In this document: piece after piece, positions 48,401 through 53,940 of the stretch
Position numbering within the stretch: position 1 is the first letter of the stretch
How the letters are laid out: every line of letters begins with the position of its first letter
Assembly (NCBI GenBank): GCA_964016885.1
Contig: OZ024748.1
Span: 41,850,001-41,914,000 of the forward strand
Length of the DNA stretch: 64,000 bases
Source of the DNA: Eledone cirrhosa
Taxonomy: Eukaryota
Direction: 5' to 3'
The notes under the pieces: model-generated
Seen by the model: only the letters and a program-made list of their open reading frames with translations
Database searches by the model: none
What the model was told of the DNA's origin: nothing
Translations under genes and position numbers: made by a program

Positions 48401-51400
48401 TAAAAGTAGCTACAAGGTATAATACTTATTTTTGTGGTTAATTTATACACGAGACATGAATAGTCTGGAATGAATTCTGAGAGGAACTGGGAAATAGCAA
48501 TGGTGTAATAAACCATATATATATATATATATATGGTTTATAAATATATGGAAAATATATGGAAATGATCAATTAACAAAAAAACAACTTACGATCTGAT
48601 GCAGCAGGGTTGACGATGTATTTACCATCTTCACTAATTGTCAGAAGTTGTGGAGCAAAGTGTTGCAGCATCTCCATGTTATCAGACTGCCGTATAACGA
48701 GGAGTAATAATTCAGATACATAACCAGCACACACTGACTTCTTCATGCGAGCATCTTTGATATCATCACCTGGATCAACAAAAATAACACACACACACAT
48801 ATATATATATATATATTGTTCATTAAACAAAATAGATCCAAACATTTTCACAATATCATCATATTGCCGGAACTGGTGTTGTCAGTCATTGGGGAGCCAC
48901 CCTAAATGTGCCACAGGTACAGCCAGTTGTTGGGGTGCCACTGTTACAGCCTGTTGTTGGGGTGCCACTCTAGATGTGACACTGGTACAGCCAGTTGTTG
49001 GGGTGCCACTCTAGATGTGACACTGGTACAGCCAGTTGTTGGGGTGCCACCCTAGATGTGCCACAGGTACAGCCAGTTATTGGGGTGCCACTCTAGATGT
49101 GCCACTGGTACAGCCAGTCATTGGGGTTCCACTGGTACAGTCAGTTGTTGGGGTGCCATCCTAGATGTGCCACAGGTACAGCCAGTTATTGGGGTGCCAC
49201 TCTAGATGTGCCACTGGTACAGCCAGTCATTGGGGTTCCACTGGTACAGTCAGTTGTTGGGGTGCCACTCTAGATATGCCACTGGTACAGCCAGTTGTTG
49301 GGGTGCCACTCTAGATGTTCCACAGGCACAGCCAGTTGTTGGGGTGCCACTCTAGATGTGCCACTGGTTCAGTCAGTAGTTGGGGTGCCACTATTACAGC
49401 CAGTTGTTGGGGTGCAACTGTTACAGCCAATTGTTGGGGTGCCACTCTATATGTGCCACTGGTACAGCCAGTCGTTGGGGTGCCACTCTAGAAGTGCCAC
49501 TGTTACAGCCAGTCGTTGGGGTACCACTGGTACAGCCAGTTGTTGGGATGTCACTCTAGAAGTGCCACTGGTACAGCCAGTCATTGGGGTGCCACTCTAG
49601 ATGTGCCACTGGTACAGCCAGTCGTTGGGGTGCCACTCTAGATGTGCCACTGGTACAGCCAGTTGTTGGGGTGCCACTCTAGATGTGCCACTGGTACAGT
49701 CAGTTGTTGGGATGTTACTCTAGAAGTGCCACTGGTACAGTCAGTAGTTGGAGTGTCACTCTAGATGTGCCACTGGTACAGTCAGTAATTGGAGTGTCAC
49801 TCTAGAAGTGCCACTGGTACAGTCAGTTGTTGGGGTGCCACTCTAGATGTGCCACTGGTAGTCAGTAGTTGGAGTGTCACTCTAGAAGTGCCACTGGTAG
49901 AGTCAGTTGTTGGGGTGTCACTCTAGAAGTGCCACTGGTAGAGTCAGTTGTTGGGGTTCCACTCTAGATGTGCCACTGGTACAGTCAGTTGTTGGGGTGT
50001 CACTCTAGATGTGCCACTGGTACAGACAGTTGTTGGGATGTCACTCTAGATGTGCCACTGGTACAGCCAGTTGTTGGGGTGCCACTCTATAAGTGCCACT
50101 GGTACAGTCAGTAGTTGGAGTGTCACTCTAGAAGTGCCACTGGTACAGCCAGTTGTTGGGATGTCACTCTAGATGTGCCACTGGTACAGTCAGCGGTTGG
50201 GGTGCCACTCTAGAAGTGCCACTGGTACAGTCAGTAGTTGGAGTGTCACTCTAGAAGTGCCACTGGTAGAGTCAGTCATTGGGGTGCCATTCTAGAAGTG
50301 CCACTGGTAGAGTCAGTTGTTGGGGTGTCACTCTAGAAGTGCCACTGGTACAGTCAGTTGTTGGGGTCCCACTCTAGATGTGCCACTGGTACAGTCAGTT
50401 GTTAGGGTGCCACTTTAGAAGTGCCACTGGTAGAGTCAGTTGTTGGGGTGCCACTCTAGATGTGCCACTGGTACAGTCAGTAGTTAGGGTGCCACTCTAG
50501 ATGTGCCACTGGTACAGTCAGTTGTTGGGGTGTCACTCTAGATGTGCCACTGGTACAGTCAGAAGTTAGGGTGCCACTCTAGATGTGCCACTGGTACAGT
50601 CAGTAGTTAGGGTTCCACTGGTACAGTCAGTTGTTGGGGTGCCACTCTAGAAGTGCCACTGGTACAGTCAGTTGTTGGGGTGCCACTCTAGATGTGCCAC
50701 TGGTACAGTCAGTTGTTGGGGTGCCACTCTAGAAGTGCCACTGGTACAGTCAGTTGTTGGGGTGCCACTCTAGAAGTGCCACTGGTACAGTCAGTTGTTG
50801 GGGTGCCACTCTAGATGTGCCACTGGTACAGTCAGTTGTTGGGGTGCCACTCTAGAAGTGCCACTGGTACAGTCAGTTGTTGGGGTGCCACTCTAGAAGT
50901 GCCACTGGTACAGTCAGTTGTTGGGGTGCCACTCTAGAAGTGCCACTGGTACAGTCAGTTGTTGGGGAGCCACTCTAGAACTTAAACTCAGAACACACAG
51001 ACCCAGAACAGATACTGTAAGGTATCCCAACCAACACTCCCAAAATTCTGCCAATCCACCATTCTGAGCTGTTCCTTTATATCAAACCCGAAATGACAAA
51101 AAGACAGACAGACAAACAGCCAGACATAAATAACACCACCACCACCACCACCATCACCACCACCACTTACCGACAGATTCCACAAATGGAAGAAGTACTC
51201 CAAGATTTTCATCTAAACTAAGGACATGTACAACAGCTTCTCTTCCCAGTGGATTAATTGTCATAGAATACATGCTGTGTAAAAGACCAAGGGGTTCTGC
51301 TTCATCAATGTCCTTTTCTGAAGAATCTGAATAAAAAGAAGAGAGAAAAAAGAATAAGTAAACAAAAAGGAAAGAAATTCTTAATACTTCTGGAACAACA

Positions 51401-51423
51401 ACAACAACAATTGTTTTAAGACC

Positions 51424-51461
<38 letters not shown>

Positions 51462-53805
51462 AAAACAGAGATCAGTCTTGCAGGACCACAGGACAGGCTT
51501 CATATCACTATAGCAGTTTTGAGGCAATGTTTTACAGCTGGATGACCTTTCCTGGCAACAAATCTTATTATATGCCACTTATTTATACATCAAAAGAAAC
51601 TTTATAATATCTCACAGTTGTACATGTCTGGCAGATGACTTGATCTGAGACTGTGTTGTACATGTCTGGCAGATGACTTGATCTGAAACTGTGTTGTACA
51701 TGTCTGGCAGATGACTTGATCTGAGACTGTGTTGTACATGTTTGGTAGGTGACTTGATCTGAGACTGTGTTGTACATGTCTGACAGGTGACTTGATCAGA
51801 GACTGTGTTGTACATGTCTGGTAGGTGACTTGATCTGCGACTGTGCTGTACATGTCTGGCAGGTGACTTGATCAGAGACTGTGCTGTATATGTCTGGCAG
51901 GTGACTTGATCTGAGACTGTGCTGTATATGTCTGGCAGGTGACTTGATCTGAGACTGTGTTGAAACTAAAGCAATTACTGTGTGGAAGAATCTTTTGTTA
52001 TTTATAAACACATAAAAACTGTTAAGTTCACTTTATATATATCATTTATTTCTCACATTTCATTGAACAAACCAGTTTTTAGATATTTTCTACTAAATAT
52101 TTAACATGTTGACTGCCGCGAATATTTTACACAGCTACAGTTAGTGCCGGGTTTATCTTCAGTAAAATGACTATCTTGATTGACAAACGTCACATCAATA
52201 AACTACTAACCCCATCTAGCTTTGAAGTTATGAACTGTTGGAAAGGGGTTCATAGCTTTGAAGTTATGAACTGTTGGAAAGGAGTTCATAGCTTTGAAGT
52301 TATGAACTGTTGGAAAGGAGTTCATAACTTTGAAGTTATGAGCTGTTGGAAAGGAGTTCATAACTTTGAAGTTATGAACTGTTGGAAAGGAGTTTATAAC
52401 TTTGAAGTTATGAGCTGTTGGAAAGGAGTTTATAACTTTGAAGTTATGAGCTGTTGGAAAGGAGTTCATAACTTTGAAGTTATGAGCTGTTGGAAAGGAG
52501 TTCATAACTTTGAAGTTATGAACTGTTGGAAAGGAGTTTATAACTTTGAAGTTATGAACTGTTGGAAAGGAGTTCATAACTTTGAAGTTATGAGCTGTTG
52601 GAAAGGAGTTCATAACTTTGAAGTTATGAACTGTTGGAAAGGAGTTCATAACTTTGAAGTTATGAACTGTTGGAAAGGAGTTCATAACTTTGAAGTTATG
52701 AACTGTTGAGAAGGAGTTCAAACATGTTAGGACAAGTTATCTTGTCTATGGCACTGAAGAGGTTAAAGGATGTTAAGAGGAGAAAATAAGACCAAATCTA
52801 AAACTTACTTTTTTTATGATAGTCAGCAAGTTGATCAACATACTGCAGTGTTTGAAGGTGATAGGTTAACTGTAGTCCCAGTAATTGAGCCGGGTTTTCT
52901 TCACTGTTTTCTTCACGGTTATAATCCTGAAATATTATTTTAAGTACAATTTCAAATGTCTAAATATTTTCATGTGAGATATTTAATACAATTACAATTT
53001 TGCACCCTATTAGCCTGATCGTTTTTAAAGTTTATCTGAAGGTCTGACCAGATATTTTCCAGAATTGTAAATGTACAAATATTTGAAGTAGAAAAATACA
53101 TGTATTTACAATTATTACAATAATACATGTAAAGTGTGAAGGCGTGTGGCTGAGTGGTTAGAGAACTGGATTCACAATCGTGAGGTTGTGAGTTCGATTC
53201 CAGAACCGGGCGATGCGTTATGTCCTTGAGCAAGACACTTTATTTCACGTTGCTCCTTCTACCTGGAGTTGCGACCGATAGATAGTATTAGCAATTGGAA
53301 AGACCAATGGAAACATTGCTTCCTCGGTCCGATTTGACAAAAGTTGATCGTTCCTTTTACATGTAAAGTTATATCTGTATATTTACAGTATAGAGGTAAC
53401 TGAGACTCTGTAAATGTGTATATACATTTACACATTTACAGTGTATATACATTTACACATTTAGTATATAATCATGTAAAATTGACAAATATACATATTT
53501 CCCTGTAGATTGTAAACAAAAAATAAAAAATATCTTTAATTTTTGTACCCAGTTGGATTCTCATCAGAAGATACGTACATCATCTAAACAAAGAAATTGG
53601 TGAAAAGAAGCAGCCAACACTTACACCCATTTGAACAAGGGCACGCAGGATTCCGTTTGTTGCATCTGGTTTGGCACTAAGGAAGAGGAGTCCTTTCTGG
53701 GTGTGTAGAAGTTGCTGGAAGAAATCTCTAATGGCAACAAACAGGCCAAAGTTATTTATGGTGGCAGGAGATGACAGCAGGACAAACAAACACTCCAACA
53801 GTTGG
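5404..53805 (-). CDS. VIRMA: Protein virilizer homolog (m6A methyltransferase complex scaffold), 3' 25 coding exons; 5' exons outside window
   Basis: 25 GT-AG exons join in consistent phase (~3.65 kb CDS). Motifs recalled from VIRMA: GLLLLSELLPLPLPIQT, RKLWSAHL, LRRVCWQIADLAAP, LQNLCDPEI, NTSRPPSMHVDDF and the C-terminal GRHFRSFTK*. Confidence 0.93.
5759..5814 (+). ncRNA. Minimal type I hammerhead ribozyme (Penelope-type)
   Basis: ttttat-CTGATGA-stem II (aagcatatc/ggtatcctt, imperfect)-GAAA-tacgta palindrome-TA-ataaaa. Confidence 0.65.
5966..6225 (-). mobile_element. SINE family B 3' fragments (RTE-like tail)
   Basis: Reverse complement of ...gcatccagctgtagaaatc...cggacgtaaaatgatgatg; homologous to 26020-26248. 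Confidence 0.7.
6420..8556 (+). mobile_element. 5'-truncated RTE-clade LINE with intact 3' end, several frameshifts and stops, antisense in the last VIRMA intron
   Basis: RT motifs LEKAFDRVP, GVHQGSVLSP and YADD (7564); Cys/His finger WPCSIC...WVHKRCSG...CSRC; RRLRWYGHV-type C-terminus; ends cggacgtaaaatgatgat followed by (TA)n. Confidence 0.92.
8737..8979 (-). CDS. VIRMA: virilizer exon (LDKRTTVDRRTGRDNRFSLRGGGRGG...)
   Basis: cag/gtaaat; 243 nt. Confidence 0.82.
9152..9398 (-). CDS. VIRMA: virilizer exon, Gly/RG-rich low-complexity
   Basis: tag/gtaagg; 247 nt; encodes GGGRGD repeats. Confidence 0.82.
9712..10040 (-). mobile_element. Full-length tRNA-derived SINE (family B) with RTE 3' tail
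   Basis: Head ggaggcacatggcttagtggttagagc...gttcaattc; tail cccacccttgcaagcagggaaaagcggacgtaaaatga nearly identical to the LINE end at 8511-8553. Confidence 0.85.
10506..10614 (-). CDS. VIRMA: virilizer exon (EIGRGRGRGFDRNQGFSRGRFFTPPGNY...)
   Basis: cag acceptor; G|gtttgt donor inferred from phase; 109 nt. Confidence 0.8.
11207..11388 (-). CDS. VIRMA: virilizer exon (ATIRGRGASRG...DPFRSRPPNTSRPPSMHVDDF...)
   Basis: tag/gttagt; 182 nt; hallmark NTSRPPSMHVDDF motif. Confidence 0.93.
11525..11820. repeat. Minisatellite, ~20-23 bp (aacagccgtgttaaacagaggac)
   Basis: Direct inspection. Confidence 0.9.
11914..11981 (-). CDS. VIRMA: virilizer exon (LGRRKSSEGVHFPRGKGTKQKF); alternative in-frame donor would end the exon at 11938
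   Basis: tag acceptor; two phase-1 donors 24 nt apart (G|gtaagg and G|gtaagt). Confidence 0.8.
12181..12460 (-). CDS. VIRMA: virilizer exon (LVEPVMAEGETLNSLFNHRALF...FNLEEELKK...)
   Basis: cag/gtaggt; 280 nt. Confidence 0.9.
12541..13008. repeat. (GGT)n/(GAT)n microsatellite
   Basis: Direct inspection; source of the poly-Val ORF. Confidence 0.95.
13063..13165 (-). CDS. VIRMA: virilizer exon (ECSKDDETLDTLVESFSALVHLV...)
   Basis: cag/gtagga; 103 nt; bridges the phase between flanking exons. Confidence 0.85.
13270..13735 (-). mobile_element. Penelope-like pseudo-LTR remnant with hammerhead and 54-bp inverted repeat
   Basis: Hammerhead at 13355-13390; inverted arms 13522-13575 and 13647-13700; flanked by TA-rich microsatellite. 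Confidence 0.55.
13355..13390 (-). ncRNA. Minimal type I hammerhead ribozyme
   Basis: Minus strand: tctt-CTGATGA-a-ggac(tagc)gtcc-GAAA-cgTT-aaga; stem III region is the palindrome AACGTT. Confidence 0.7.
13847..14600 (-). mobile_element. Non-autonomous Helitron-like element
   Basis: Minus strand 5' tatatatataaaactgaggatg...; 3' hairpin cccg-tgcaacgc-cggg followed by CTAGT; internal ~130-bp duplication; homologous to 16770-17390. Confidence 0.7.
15135..15505. repeat. ~45-bp palindromic minisatellite (tttctgtgtgtg(TA)n tacacacacagaaa)
   Basis: Each unit is self-complementary. Confidence 0.85.
15633..15820 (-). mobile_element. tRNA-derived SINE (family A)
   Basis: Reverse complement matches 1205-1378. 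Confidence 0.75.
16085..16555. repeat. AT-rich minisatellite (attatgttatcatgttatataatat)
   Basis: Direct inspection. Confidence 0.85.
16556..16735 (-). mobile_element. tRNA-derived SINE (family A)
   Basis: Homologous to 15633-15820. Confidence 0.75.
16770..17390 (+). mobile_element. Non-autonomous Helitron-like element, second copy (inverted relative to 13847-14600)
   Basis: tatatataaaactgaggatg...cctgtgcaacgccgggta; ORF-track entries 13826(-) and 17170(+) are near-identical. Confidence 0.7.
17453..17714 (-). CDS. VIRMA: virilizer exon (CLEKQDHVLLKLL...HPLYELEKLLE)
   Basis: tag/gttggt; 262 nt. Confidence 0.87.
17797..18128 (-). mobile_element. Full-length tRNA-derived SINE (family B) with RTE 3' tail
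   Basis: Highly similar to 9712-10040. Confidence 0.85.
18349..19938 (+). CDS. Penelope-like RT + GIY-YIG endonuclease (N-terminally truncated, no internal stop)
   Basis: FIQFDIDEYYSSI, FDITMGS, GIYRDD, VNFLDVTL, YVNVGSNHP, CNCTYPDNCPL (CxCx5C), IIYKC...YYVGST...FKSRLYRH, FCKLC, CRHR. Confidence 0.88.
   Translation, partial: FIQFDIDEYYSSISPETLNRAIKFAKDNSDLTNDEIKIILEARKTIVKFENSYWVRKDRPSNFDITMGSNDSAEITDIVGLFIAFRLQEKFSNLHGGIYRDDVLLLAKNLNNQKLEKLRKDIRKLLLEIGLTITYEYNLKVVNFLDVTLNLNSGLIKPFHKLNENLKYVNVGSNHPISIIKSIPKNISLRISGLSSNIQVFKEHAEYYDNALSKAGYLNKIEYIDGNNQNTQNKSHIGRYNNTTPNHTYYHSMHTSKPTNKTNRKRCKEYLWYNPEYNSSISTNLPVLFFKIIKRHFPTSHKYHKILNPTTIRLSYSTALNLEQHIKKINTRRLNENTKNLSTKNPKKTVDNTLQNINKPHLSSSAILLQRKPNVHNCNCTYPDNCPLGNNCLEKNIIYKCTIKSGGNEWYYVGSTATSFKSRLYRHSYSIKHQSQRNVTTLAEKAWTLRDSNQKFTLKWEKLAKTQSFSRSQNFCKLCNLEIYYIITHKKKLLNNRIERTLFCRHRTKTLFFPLQAEYYIKEGHPPTI
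20083..20560. repeat. (TA)n/(TG)n/(TATG)n compound microsatellite
   Basis: Direct inspection. Confidence 0.9.
20857..20973 (+). ncRNA. Type I hammerhead ribozyme with extended stem II
   Basis: ttatt-CTGATGA-a-atgacagt...actgttat-a-GAAA-cacgtg-TC-aataa; predicted cleavage after C20968. Confidence 0.7.
21070..21230 (-). CDS. VIRMA: virilizer exon (LSNALPVGSHLYQIV...LCEHDWGFYQIK)
   Basis: tag/gtacc; 161 nt. Confidence 0.88.
21505..21706 (-). mobile_element. tRNA-derived SINE (family B-related head)
   Basis: Minus strand ggaggcacatgacctagtggtaaggg...gggttccattcc...ttcttgagcaaaacact. Confidence 0.7.
21913..21987 (-). CDS. VIRMA: virilizer exon (TILQNLCDPEITLVSPDSDLSIQEQ)
   Basis: cag/gtgtgt; 75 nt. 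Confidence 0.87.
22130..22268. repeat. Near-perfect ~63-bp inverted repeat (hairpin)
   Basis: agttatgtaataaacaacataagacaattattccatttaccaaaggtttcatgaagacagacg pairs with its complement ending ...attacataact. Confidence 0.9.
22366..22477 (-). CDS. VIRMA: virilizer exon (SKLEDKNHDLLSLLIQLLN...)
   Basis: tag/gtaagg; 112 nt. Confidence 0.85.
22831..22931. mobile_element. Possible Tc1/mariner-type MITE remnant
   Basis: TA-flanked tacggtgtcccccaaaaatgtatacacacttt ... aaagtgtgtat...cctgta, degenerate inverted ends. Confidence 0.35.
22943..23149 (-). CDS. VIRMA: virilizer exon (CVYEMLVDN...LLAYLLSHPSVKAAILCQLRS)
   Basis: tag/gtaac; 207 nt. Confidence 0.88.
23178..24815. repeat. 48-bp satellite, ~34 copies (ccagtccacactgtaaagtggttgtgtaggtgtcacaacaaaaagtac)
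   Basis: Visible tandem array; unit resembles the SINE segment at 26022-26090. Confidence 0.95.
24825..25100 (-). mobile_element. tRNA-derived SINE (family B-related)
   Basis: Minus strand ggcaaatggctcagtggttagagc...ggttcgagtttgattc...ccttgagcaaaacactttatttcacgttgctccag. Confidence 0.8.
25194..25231 (-). ncRNA. Minimal type I hammerhead ribozyme
   Basis: Minus strand: gcc-CTGACGA-gtcct(taat)aggac-GAAA-cattg-TT-ggc; perfect 5-bp stem II. Confidence 0.78.
26020..26248 (+). mobile_element. SINE family B 3' half with RTE-like tail
   Basis: cactgtaaatgaggttggtgttaggaagggcatccagctgtagaaatc...ggacgtaaaacagtgatgatg. Confidence 0.75.
26359..26449 (-). CDS. VIRMA: virilizer exon (SSCIPLQQALRRVCWQIADLAAPSACIIT)
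   Basis: cag/gtgagt; 91 nt. Confidence 0.9.
26773..26881 (-). CDS. VIRMA: virilizer exon (TLSDEELSLIVTNRKLWSAHLHP...)
   Basis: tag/gtaatc; 109 nt. Confidence 0.9.
27153..27289 (-). CDS. VIRMA: virilizer exon (LSQSLWTLMIKELL...GLLLLSELLPLPLPIQTKE)
   Basis: cag/gtaagt; 137 nt; conserved SELLPLPLP motif. Confidence 0.92.
27599..27665 (-). CDS. VIRMA: virilizer exon (IQKTIIDTALSYTQPTLSENEE)
   Basis: tag/gtaaat; 67 nt. Confidence 0.85.
27705..28058. mobile_element. TTAA-type MITE remnant with triplicated ~68-bp left end
   Basis: tttaacccctttt-gat at 27705, 27773 and 27841; related sequence at ~21320-21500 and ~26970-27117. Confidence 0.5.
28130..28292 (-). mobile_element. tRNA-derived SINE
   Basis: Minus strand catggctaaatggttaaggagttc...caggtttgatcccgctgagtgg. 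Confidence 0.6.
28334..28429 (-). CDS. VIRMA: virilizer exon (FRDLTALPVLFELHTVICSVP...)
   Basis: cag/gtgagt; 96 nt. Confidence 0.87.
28618..28764 (-). CDS. VIRMA: virilizer exon (RLADRMQRPWQQG...IMSRGSE)
   Basis: cag/gtaaga; 147 nt. Confidence 0.88.
28993..29078 (-). CDS. VIRMA: virilizer exon (RPVELKYSYIIIELLSADCFRLFVVFLQ)
   Basis: cag/gtagg; 86 nt; phase matches across the 19-kb intron. Confidence 0.87.
29129..47995. repeat. Giant 39-bp G/T-rich satellite, ~480 copies (gtggtttagtggttagggtgttgggttagatatggtggt)
   Basis: ~18.9-kb tandem array filling nearly all of VIRMA intron 29079-48136. Confidence 0.98.
48137..48340 (-). CDS. VIRMA: virilizer exon (MATKMQEIQEWLCPI...LPRGLITILRVLNFLAVPP)
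   Basis: Polypyrimidine tract plus cag acceptor at 48341-48343; gtaat donor; 204 nt; phase consistent. Confidence 0.87.
48626..48769 (-). CDS. VIRMA: virilizer exon (DDIKDARMKKSVCAGYVSELLLLV...); alternative in-frame donor would end the exon at 48593
   Basis: cag acceptor; two phase-1 donors 33 nt apart (G|gtaaat and C|gtaagt). Confidence 0.85.
48895..50980. repeat. 41-bp satellite (gccactctagaagtgccactggtacagtcagttgttggggt), ~50 copies with 24-bp deletion variants
   Basis: Direct inspection. Confidence 0.95.
51171..51326 (-). CDS. VIRMA: virilizer exon (SSEKDIDEAEPLGLLHSMYSMTINPLGREAVVHVL...)
   Basis: cag/gtaagt; 156 nt; phase consistent. Confidence 0.88.
51615..51962. repeat. 38-bp minisatellite (gactgtgttgtacatgtctggcagatgacttgatctga)
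   Basis: About 9 copies. Confidence 0.95.
52215..52720. repeat. 36-bp minisatellite with internal palindrome (ttcataactttgaagttatgaactgttggaaaggag)
   Basis: About 14 copies; gives 12-aa periodic ORFs on both strands. Confidence 0.95.
52809..52926 (-). CDS. VIRMA: virilizer exon (DYNREENSEENPAQLLGLQLTYHLQTLQYVDQL...)
   Basis: cag/gtaagt; 118 nt; phase matches neighbours. Confidence 0.88.
53135..53258 (+). mobile_element. tRNA-derived SINE head (family B-related)
   Basis: ggcgtgtggctgagtggttagag (A-box), gagttcgattcc (B-box), tccttgagcaagacactttatttcacgttgctcc. Confidence 0.8.
53625..53805 (-). CDS. VIRMA: virilizer exon (QLLECLFVLLSSP...ILRALVQMG)
   Basis: cag acceptor and gtaagt donor; 181 nt; open frame. 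Confidence 0.88.
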
Positions 53806-53940
53806 CTGAAAATGTAGAATATTTTAACAATAAATAATCATGAAAGAGAAATAATATTTATTTTTATTAACAATAAAATAAGAATTTCTTTTAAACAAAG
53901 TACATGGGAAGAATTATTGGATTATACTCCCTTCCACCAT

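Noticed and set aside
52167-52721. Overlapping 180-aa and 171-aa ORFs on both strands
   Set aside because: A stop-free 36-bp tandem unit; the periodic peptide has no recognisable domain.
53135-53215. tRNA gene
   Set aside because: A- and B-boxes are present, but the sequence continues into the SINE body shared with other copies and no complete cloverleaf is evident.
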